NCBI GenBank assembly: GCA_010093815.1
Contig: ML996567.1
DNA length: 64,000 nt
Source of the DNA: Pseudovirgaria hyperparasitica
Taxonomy: Eukaryota
Direction: 5' to 3' (one strand)
How positions within the stretch are numbered: position 1 is the stretch's first letter; every line of letters begins with the position of its first letter. The position numbers were made by a program, and so were the translations under genes. The notes beneath the pieces were generated by a model that worked only from the letters and a program-made list of their open reading frames with translations, did no database searches and was not told where the DNA came from. Below are positions 38,548 to 49,841 of the stretch, one piece after another.

Positions 38548-40794
38548 TCAAGAGGCCTTGAGTTCGGACACAGTGGCTGGAATGCCGGCAAGACCACTAA
38601 CGCTTCTTCGAGAAGCACTGGAGTTGGACATTTGCCGCTGTAAAGACGACGTGGAGAATTCTGATACTGGTGGCGATGAGGGTGGACTGGGTGGGTGATG
38701 GTTCTGGGGCGGTGGCACGAATGAAACCCGAAAGCTCGTCTCTTGGGTCGATTTCGACTCCCGAAGCCTCTGTCTCGATCGGATTGCTTCGAGTTCCTCG
38801 CGTATATCTGATGCCAGCGGCCGTTTTCCGGGATCCTTTGTCAAGATTGCGAGAATGAGATCCTTGCATTCTACAACCCATTGTTGCCTCGGTGCCTCAC
38901 ATCTTGTGGGTAGAAGATTCAACCACTTCACAATTGAAGGCTTGATCTCACCGTAGTTCGACGGGCTTCTGCTGTGGAACGAGGGCCCTTCTGTGTCGTC
39001 ACCTCTCGCGACTTGGCGAAGTTCTTCGATGAGTGCTGGGTCGACGGCGAAAGTGACGACCTCGATAAGGATACAGCCGAGTGACCATATGTCTGCCCTA
39101 CGAGCATGGATTGGATTCTGCCCTTGGGCGCCCAGCCGATCCAGTTCGGGTGCGGTAAAGGTACCTTTCCCGCGTTTGGGTGAAGTCTTGCGTCCAGGAA
39201 TTTGAGTCTGGACAGATAGTGCAGTCCCCGAGTCTAAATATAGCGCTCTGTCGTGCTGGTCTGGGTGACTCATATGTGTTGCCCTCCTAGGCGATCCGGA
39301 GTGCGCAGATACGGGCGAGGGAGTCCTGCTCATTGGACGTCTGAGAGAGTCTGGTTGGCCTTGAAGGTCCTCATTGAGTCTCTCATATGACAGTACACTG
39401 GATCCCGCCTTTGGACTGTCCCGTTTCGGCTTGATACGAGAAATTCCGAAGTCTGTGATTTTCCACTTGCCCACAGGGTAGCGGTGAGTAGGCGTAGGTT
39501 CATCGGGGACGAATACGAGGATATTCTCAGGCGTCAAATCGTTATGTGAGCGACTTAGCATCGCACTATCATAAAGCCCATTGTGTAGAAAGTCGAGTGC
39601 ATCGGCGATGCTTTTGCATTGGTCGATGAGGTCCATCGATCCATAGAGATGAGAGTTGTTCCGTCCAAAAGGCGAACAGCCTCGACGCGTTGTCCTAGAG
39701 TCAGCTGGGCTCTTCGAAAGAAAATAATTCAGATCGAAATCAGCCAGATCGTACAATATTCTGTACCATTTCGTATGGACAGGATGATCCTCTACAAGGA
39801 TGGCAAAATTGACCAAAATGTGGTCATGCTTGCTCAAGCTTCGTCGAAGCTTTTTGAGGTTCTGAATCTCTTCGTAAAGAACGTCTTTGGCCATAATGTT
39901 CTTACACGCCACGGCGTACGGCTACGAAAATAGTCAATAAGAATCTGAAAAGAAGTAGAAAGGTTATAGGAGACCACTAACCTTTCTGGTGAAAGTAACA
40001 AGTGTTCCATCACTGTACTTCAAATGTCCAGCAGCGATCACCTCCTTCGTGACCGAGGCGGTAGCTCCCTCGCCGATTTTTTCACTGGCTTGGGTGAAAG
40101 GTAACGGGCTGCAAAACCCTTGACCAAGATGGATCTCCTCATGAAACCGCGTTATGACCAAAGGACAAAATGCCCACTGGAACTTGTAAAATGGAACTGC
40201 ATGTGCTCTGAGGAAATGAGGTTGGTTTAAAGCCTCTTTGTTAAATGGCAAATACTCATCCGACCGCTGCATGTTCTCGTTAAAGACTCGCGGTAGGCTG
40301 TCCCAATCTGAGTATTTGCAGAGGGTAAGTATCATCAAAATCTTCAGGTACGGGGTGATATAATTGACGGAAGCACAGAAATGAATATACCATCTTTGAC
40401 CTGCGTAGAAATGCTTGTGCTTTCGCCAGAAGGATTGGACCTCGCTATCGGGAAATATTTCTCCCCTATCAAACCTTTCGTTTAGTTCGTCGTGGATGTC
40501 CTGATACTTTTCAGCCCATCTGACCGGGTCTATCTGAGGTACAGGACTGTAAGGCTCCGGATTGGTCTGCTGGGCTGGTAGGTCACTTTTATGCGCTGTG
40601 ACTAATGTCGTTGGTGTCGCCGGTTGTGGTGTCGCATCTACTTGCGATATGAATGTGTTCCGATTCTCATAGCGATTACTGTTAGAGGTGGTAGGCTGCG
40701 CCGTGAGAATCAACTCGTGTTTGCGCCTGGTATCTTGTCGCGCTCTGATTCTCCGCTTCCACCACCGCTGAACAGATATGGGGAAGGATTTCAT
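38548..40794 (-). CDS. Divergent fungal Ser/Thr protein kinase-like protein (possibly decaying), 2 exons
   Basis: IGEGATASV (Gly loop), intron 39922-39981, AVACK, SHNDLTPENIL, WKITDFGISR, GTFTAPE, ADIWSLGCI, DPGKRP. Start and true C-terminus are uncertain. Confidence 0.85.
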
Positions 40795-41111
40795 GTCGTG
40801 GAGCTCCGTTCATTCGGGGAGATGATAGACTCGTCTGCAGTCTGCGACTGAAAATTCACTAGAAAGGTCATGAACTTTGCACGATATGCAAAACTTATGT
40901 AGCATGTGTGAGTACAGAGAAGTAGTAAGTTGCCACAAGGCTGTGCTGTAGGCTTATATCAACCTCCTCGAAGCCCCAAGGCGTGTCACAGGAAGCGCAC
41001 ATTTCCAGGTAACTGTGACCGGTCAGAGGCTTATCAATGATTTCACTTCGACGCTTGTGCTTGCAGGGGAGGGGGGGTACGCAGGATCTCAGCCTGCTTA
41101 CTTTTGGTGCA

Positions 41112-41456
41112 ATGCCAAACCAATATCACCATGTTATAACGTCTGGTAGCGCAATATATATCTACGAAGAAGACCTTCAGGCTTTTTTTCAAGTACTTCC
41201 GAGCCTAGGGGCACGAAGCGCTTTCATATTGTTGTAGGTACGTGCCAGCGAGGGTATATTTTGTACTGACATTGTCAGATGAGACGCGACTGTTGGATTT
41301 TCTGCGCCCGAGAGGAAATCCAACATGTTGTCTTGCATATGCAAACCCGTTTACATTTTGGACCTAGGAGGCATTTGAGTGAGTGTCCGACTCGTGATGG
41401 AGTTGAGAAACTGAACGTATAGCGAAATTTCAAAGAGAGCTCCAGCTACTGGCTAG
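41112..41456 (+). pseudogene. Spliced micro-gene (~70 aa) with an in-frame TAG at the end of exon 1
   Basis: MPNQYHHVITSGSAIYIYEEDLQAFFQVLPSLGARSAFILL* is followed at once by a GTACGT donor, TACTGAC branch and CAG acceptor (41238-41278), then MRRDCWIFCAREEIQH. A further GTGAGT..TAG intron lies at 41379-41422. Confidence 0.5.
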
Positions 41457-41873
41457 TATGTTGACTGAGCGCATCCTCAGAGTCGAGACTTGTGCAGCTG
41501 GCTGAGTTGGACTTGATGGCCTGGTAACAGAGTATGGGGTCGAGTGGTTCACGGAAAGTGGTAGAGCCAATCAAATGAAATCTTTCGAAGCAGCGTGTCC
41601 TAAGCTCGTGGAATGCTTATATACCCCCCTTTTTTCCAATTAGATAGTAATTGCAGCAGCCTGCTGGGGGCGGTTTGCCACCAATGTACGATAAGCTACA
41701 GCCAGAAAGAAGCAACCCACAAAAGATCGTGCTAGACGCAGCGAGCTCTCTGACCGCTAAACAGGCTGCGAGGTGATACCGATGACCAGGATTTGACGGC
41801 CACGTTGTAATGATATTGAAGATTTCTCCTGGACCTGGACACACTCTTCAGTTACAGAACAGCATTCTCAGTT

Positions 41874-43439
41874 ATGACAGTGACGCAAGCGCAAATCGAC
41901 GTGCCAAGACAACCCTTCAACATTGAAAGCAATGTCCTCTTTCAATAACTCGAGGCTGATACAGGGAAAGTGTTCGAATCATCAGGAGCACTTCACATAT
42001 CCGTGTTGTACATCAAAGGTCAGTTAGTCGGTGCTCACTCGATCAACATGCTGACGTTGTGAAATGCATAGATAGTGGCGAACACAGCCATAGTTGCATA
42101 GTGGACGAGGTTCCAGAGGACGTAATTCAGCAACTTCGTGAAGTGGGTAGCTATGTCCTCCAAACTATGTATGTACGCAGGCTAAGAGGCGTACCACTGA
42201 GCTGGCTCTGCAGCTCGGTTTTCTAAAAGTTCTCACAGAGTCGCATACAATGCACAAAGAGCACAATGATCGCTATGCTCAATGAGAGTTCGATATTCTT
42301 TCGACGTTCCTTGAAGTTCTGTTATGATTTGAGAATCGTCTACGGGTCTTCGGAAGCTCATCAAGCACTGTGCACTGGCATCAAGAAAATAGCAGCGCCT
42401 TCGGTTTGTGGGAAATCCGGGTAGGTTGTTATGAATGCTGAATAATGTATAGATAATAGCTACCAATTCGTGTATGTAGAACGTAGCGGAGACAGACGGG
42501 AGTATTCCACAGCCATCGGAGCGGAAAAGACTCGTTCCTAATGCTTCATCCTCGAAATGCACCGGCAGCTCACAAATGGCTCGAAAGATACTGTGCAGAT
42601 ACTGCAAGCAGCCGCGCTCTTCAGTCGCCTCCTATGAACGTTCATCGAGTCCTGCTATCTTCATTTTTGCATCTGTGGCGAGATCAGATTGAAGCCTTCA
42701 GTTTTGGTATAGCAACAACGGTAATACTCGCTCTGCTTTGCAGTGATAATCACTCAATGTCGATGTAGACACTTTCGAGGCCGAGCACCTCCAGGATATG
42801 CGGCGTTTGGAAGATAAAATCGGCTGCAGAACGATGAAATGCTTGAAAAGTACCAGGACTCTCATTGCCACGCTTTTAACTATATGCGATGGACTTCATA
42901 GTCGGAATACAAATTTTTTCAAGATGACGTCGAGAGCGAAATGGAGGTTGGGCAACCTCAGCCAATAGGTGGAGGAGGACATCAGCTCTGCAGAGATCCT
43001 GGAAAGGAGAGTGCAAGCGACCTTTGGGCTGGTGAATGACCAAAGGGACGTGTAGGATCAATCGTCCAACTGACTATGTCTTGTGTCCAGCTCGCAGACC
43101 TCCTCGATCATCGAAGTCAGGTAGCATCGTCTGACATGAACAAGTCCATGTACAGTCTCACGCGCAAAAGTGTTGATGATAGCGCTACGGTGCGTGTGAT
43201 TACGGTATTCACGCTGATCTATCTTCCAGCTTCATTCATAGCAACGGTGCTTGAGACGAATCTCTTCAAATTCCAGGATGATAGTGAAGCACTTCGGATC
43301 CCTCCCCAACTCTGGATTTACGTTGCGGTGGCGTTGCCGTTGACATTTCTGACTGTGGGGCTGGTGGGTTTTCAAGACGAGGCATGACAACAAAGGTCAA
43401 GACGAGGAGACAATTCAGCGGCATCTTTCATGTGCATAG
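41874..43439 (+). pseudogene. Fungal CorA-like (two C-terminal TM) membrane protein pseudogene, ~6 exons
   Basis: C-terminal DSATVRVITVFTLIYLPASFIATVLETNLFKF...LWIYVAVALPLTFLT, upstream YQFVYVER/RQTGVFHS, MNVHRVLL..WRDQI. In-frame stops at 41946, 42224, 42325 and 42966; apparent frameshifts near 42285, 42490 and 43360. Confidence 0.8.
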
Positions 43440-43893
43440 ATTGATTTAGGTGTGTAGGCCGCTATTTTGGGGATAATAGGCCTGGGTCAGCGATAATGAG
43501 ACAACCTATCAAACCTTCGTGTAAGCGTGTATTGGCTGAATACTTTTTAGATTTGGTGATGACCGAGACGCGGCAGCACGCTGAGGATAGTGCTACGATA
43601 TGGTGACTGACTATCGGACAACTACTAATAGGTAGAGGCTTTGATTGTCCGGAATGGAAAGAGATGCTGGGTGCATTACCTAGAAAATCGTTGGGATCAG
43701 TGCATTTGGTCCGTGCAATCATCGGAGACCCTTGATGTTGAGGGCGATCTTTACTGGTTATGGCGAACCGGTGGTGGCATCCGTCATCGAGGGTCCGATA
43801 ATTGCCCCTCAGTTTGCGTCTACAAATAAATTTGATTTCCATCGAGGACAACACAGACCTTTGCTATCACTTCACGATTTACACACAACCATA

Positions 43894-45755
<1,862 letters not shown>

Positions 45756-46980
45756 AGGTTACGTCTAGAATCGTGTTCTCGAGTGCTAGCGTGTTTCTAC
45801 CGTTTTTGCACTTTAGCGGGGACAAAGGCTGATAGACATCTTATGATATTACGATATGTAATTAGTCCTTTACAAAAACTATAATAGGAAGAAATATTCC
45901 CTTCGTTCTTCGATACGTTCGTAGGGTTGAATAATGCCTACAAACCCCTATATCAATTGATCCCTTATGGGCCATAAAAGTTCATAAAGAAAGACTTATA
46001 TACACATTTATTTTTATTACTATATCCTGTAATATAGTCACGTCGTACATGTTGTCCACCGTATATACTTTTAATTGACGCTATCTGTATATCAACGTAC
46101 CATAAATCTGAGCCAAGCCTTGTCAGGCTCAAAAGTTTACACTTCACGCTTTGATATGTAGATAATGCGGCAAAAATTGAGTAATTGGTTTGACTTCGAC
46201 TAGTGCGTGCCTAAGACAGACTTAAATGTCACGAGTTTGATCTTTCAAACAGTATCGGTGAGAGGCTCAATGCCAAGGCTCATGCAGAAAGTTTCAGATC
46301 CCGGATGTCCTACACCCGCGAGCAACACGCCCCCACCAAAGACTTGATAGACCTCTGCAACATTCTACCACGTGTCACAGATTCAAGATATCAGCCAAGT
46401 GGAACGCTCATGTGACGGCCCCTGTTAGGCCGTCATGACCTTGCCATGTGGATGAGGCCTTGCAACGTCATGTAAGTGCTCCGTGCACTACTGATCCGAT
46501 CTGTGAGTTGCGACGGCTTGGATAATCGCCACGATATCAACCACAACTTCTCTGTCATCGGCATTCCTCTTCCAGCGCCTAATTGATCACAGACAGTGGG
46601 ACTTCTGCTTGGCATTAAAGCAACCTCGAACTGTGACACTTAGAGCCCCAGATCCAAAGCCCAACTGCTTCTATGAACGAAACTCCAATGTCAGTAATAC
46701 CCTATTATTGGTCATTGTACGGTGCACATCAATTGTTGCTACCAGGATACAGGTCGATCCTTAGACGCTTTGGCATCAGTCAATTCTGTATATAAAGTTC
46801 ATCATCGCCAGGATAAAATGTAGAACTCACCTTCATTTGCATCTTCTACAGATCTCTACAGTGCTGAGCACTCTTTCTTTCGCATACATTCTTTGATTCA
46901 CCAGAGCTGTGCTCATTTCACTCACTCGATTTACTCTGTCCCATCATTACAAGATCCTCAATCTACATATAACTATCACT

Positions 46981-48030
46981 ATGAAGATCACATACGTTCT
47001 TGCCACTATCATCCTGGCGGTCTCTGCACTGCCAACCAACCCAGCCCCAGCCCCAGCTGATGTCAATGTCAAAGCACCCGCCCCAGGAGAAGCACGTCCC
47101 AACTCTGACGCCCCTAAAGTCGTCAATGACCCAGTGGAAGCCAAGATGGCGGAGATGAAGGCCGAAGATGCCAAAGTCGAAACGAAGCCAGAGAAAGATG
47201 TGGCGGACAAGGGCGCCGAAGCTGAGGCTGAAGCCAAGATGGCGGAGATGAAGGCCGAAGATGCCAAAGTCGAAACGAAGCCAGAGAAAGATGTGGCGGA
47301 CAAGGGCGCCGAAGCTGAGGCTGAAGCCAAGATGGCGGAGATGAAGGCCGAAGATGCCAAAGTCGAAACGAAGCCAGAGAAAGATGTGGCGGACAAGGGC
47401 GCCGAAGCTGAGGCTGAAGCCAAGATGGCGGAGATGAAGGCCGAAGATGCCAAAGTCGAAACGAAGCCCGAGAAAGATGTAGCGGACAAGGGCGCCGAAG
47501 CTGAGGCTAAGATGGAGGCCAAGATGGAGGAAAAGATGGAGGCCGAGATGCCGAAGCCAGCACCACCGGCGGAGAAGGGAGAGGAAGAAAAAGCTGTTGC
47601 GGACCCTGCTGCGACTGAGCAGGCTGATAAGAAGGCTGACCAGATGACCGCTGAGGATGCTGCCGAGAATGGTGACGCGAAGGAGGAGAAGAACGTTGAC
47701 AACCCGGCTGCCACCCCGCCAGCAGCCAACGAGACAGTTGTTCAACCACCGGCGGCCGGAAACGCCACGATCATGTGCGCCCCCGGTGCTGGAAATGCCA
47801 CTGGGGCAGCCAATTCCACTGGTGCCGCCAATGCGACCGCCCCTGCACCCGTAGCCCCGAACGCGACAGCACAAGCTCCTCCTGCGGAAGCAGAGGAAAC
47901 AGAAGTCGCCAAAGAGGGGCAACAGAAGGGTGGCATGACGAAGTTGGTCAAAAAATTGTTCGGTAGGGATAGCAAGCCAAAGGAGGTCCGAAACTTCCAT
48001 TTCGAGGCGCGTGAATACGCTCTTTTGTAA
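46981..48030 (+). CDS. Secreted A/E/K/P-rich repeat protein
   Basis: Signal peptide MKITYVLATIILAVSA-LP, four 31-aa repeats, cluster of N-x-T/S sequons, TATA-like TATATAAAG at ~46788. Confidence 0.85.
   Translation: MKITYVLATIILAVSALPTNPAPAPADVNVKAPAPGEARPNSDAPKVVNDPVEAKMAEMKAEDAKVETKPEKDVADKGAEAEAEAKMAEMKAEDAKVETKPEKDVADKGAEAEAEAKMAEMKAEDAKVETKPEKDVADKGAEAEAEAKMAEMKAEDAKVETKPEKDVADKGAEAEAKMEAKMEEKMEAEMPKPAPPAEKGEEEKAVADPAATEQADKKADQMTAEDAAENGDAKEEKNVDNPAATPPAANETVVQPPAAGNATIMCAPGAGNATGAANSTGAANATAPAPVAPNATAQAPPAEAEETEVAKEGQQKGGMTKLVKKLFGRDSKPKEVRNFHFEAREYALL
47137..47508 (+). repeat. Coding minisatellite, 4 x 93 nt (EAKMAEMKAEDAKVETKPEKDVADKGAEAEA)
   Basis: Units start at 47137, 47230, 47323 and 47416. 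The first three look identical; the fourth has synonymous changes and a diverged end. Confidence 0.95.
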
Positions 48031-49841
48031 GCCTAGCGATATCGCCATTTTATGATGAGTTATCCTCTGTCTGGCTGGGTTACTCTTGGCGACTTAGGAT
48101 TTCTTGTGTCTATGTCATGCTAGAGCAGTGGCTAGAGTGAGGATTGTCTCGAAGGAAAATCCCTTACAGTCTGGCAGTAGACTATGTTGGAATAGATGGT
48201 CTATGGGATTTTCCATGTATTCAGTTAAGGCTTCTCTGCGTTTCTAGCACAGCTACGAAGTAGAGGCTCGAAAGAGGTGGCACGCTATGGATGTGATAAA
48301 GCCATATAGCACTAAGAAGAGATAAGAAATACCCAAATCTTGGTTCTCCTCGATCAAGACAGATCAGATATCTGTAGAAGGAGCTATGTATTACACCTGT
48401 GAATATCTGACCCAATTGTTGTTGTTTAGTCCACGGTAGGCCTAAGATTGACAGACGCCGTAACTTATCTGTCGTCATAGAGATCTTCGTAGAATATCTC
48501 ACAAGTTGAAAGTCGATCTATCAAATGACGCATACTTATGTTTAGGCTTGCTATTTCAGGGGAACAAGTTTCAGGGATACTCTATAAGTGGCAAAGAAAA
48601 GAAAGCGCAGGACTAGTCCCTCTATCGGCCCTGGCGTATCTCCTAAGAGACTTATTTGGCTCAAGCACATCGGCTCGACGGGGACGAACAACAATGCTGA
48701 GCATCTGCCATGGACGCCAGTCTGAATGTCACCGGCATTCAACTGCGATGTATACAAACATGTAATCATGTAGCCATAATATAGGTTCACACTTTTCTGA
48801 AGTCTTGCTTATGTAAAACTACCCAAATTGTGAAAAAGCGTGAGAGTAATCGCTGTTAGAAGCTGACGCTGGTTGCACACTATATGTTCTCGTTACAATG
48901 GCAGCTGTTCATAGAAAGTACAGTTTTCGCGGTCTGGTCTTTGGTATGAATGATGCCAAGAGCTCCTTCCTGTCGCCCGCACAGTTGCTGTATCGAGGCT
49001 GAGCAAATCCTAAGGACTACGGTACTGTATCGAAGTTCATAAAGAGGCCTCCCCGCTGCTAGAAGACCTCCCCATTGATAAGGAGGTTCTTCAATGACCA
49101 AGACACACTATCCGATATCCATGACCAGAGGATAACACATACAGCCAACCACATTACATCTAGGGATCGCCGAGCACGGCGATTGTTTACATACTATACG
49201 AATGCAGCGTGACAGTCGTTCTTCGGCCAGTCAGCAAGAAAGCGGAAGTAGAACAGAAGCTACTTAGTACTGTAATACTCAGTGTTTCGTTCAGAGCGAA
49301 GAGTCTTGCTAAGATCTGTGAGGCACTAAAGTCGGCGAACGGAGTGCAAACGCGTGATGTTAGATCAACATCTATTAACTTCGTTCACTACTTGGTAGTA
49401 TCCTACATTATATGCACCCAGCCGCGTTACCGCGGCTACCCGGTCCCCAAGAATATGCTACATTCAACATCAAAATCCGTAACGCCATCGCTTTTGAGCA
49501 ATTGAAAGCCCTCCCAGTCATGCACCTGCCAGACCGTCACACCTGTGATGTTGAGAAGATAAGGGTAGATTTTCATCTCGTGTCTCTCTACACTTTTACC
49601 GAACCCGGTTCCTCTAGAGACAATCGTGCTCGCTCAAGGTACTAAAGTAATGTGTGGGAATAGGAACAGGAGAAGTGGAAGTATTTTTAGGAATAAGATT
49701 GCCGATGGCAGATCGCCGGAAACAATGTGTGAAGTGGACGAGGTGTCCAGCAATATTGTCTGTTGATGACAAAGTTGTCGTTTTCTCGACTACGGCGATC
49801 ATAGGTTGTAGCGACTAAAGTCCATCACCTTTCTGTAGGGG

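Noticed and set aside
47137..47508. Regular repeats considered as a CRISPR-like array
   Set aside because: Head-to-tail coding repeats with no spacers, in a eukaryotic genome.
46947..48048. Long antisense ORFs (260 and 361 aa) over the secreted repeat protein
   Set aside because: Shadow ORFs caused by the repetitive, biased codons of the sense gene; no independent features.
48200..49800. Several short ORFs between the repeat protein and the NOT1 3' end
   Set aside because: No recognisable domain, terminal repeats or coherent exon chain; left as intergenic or possible relic.
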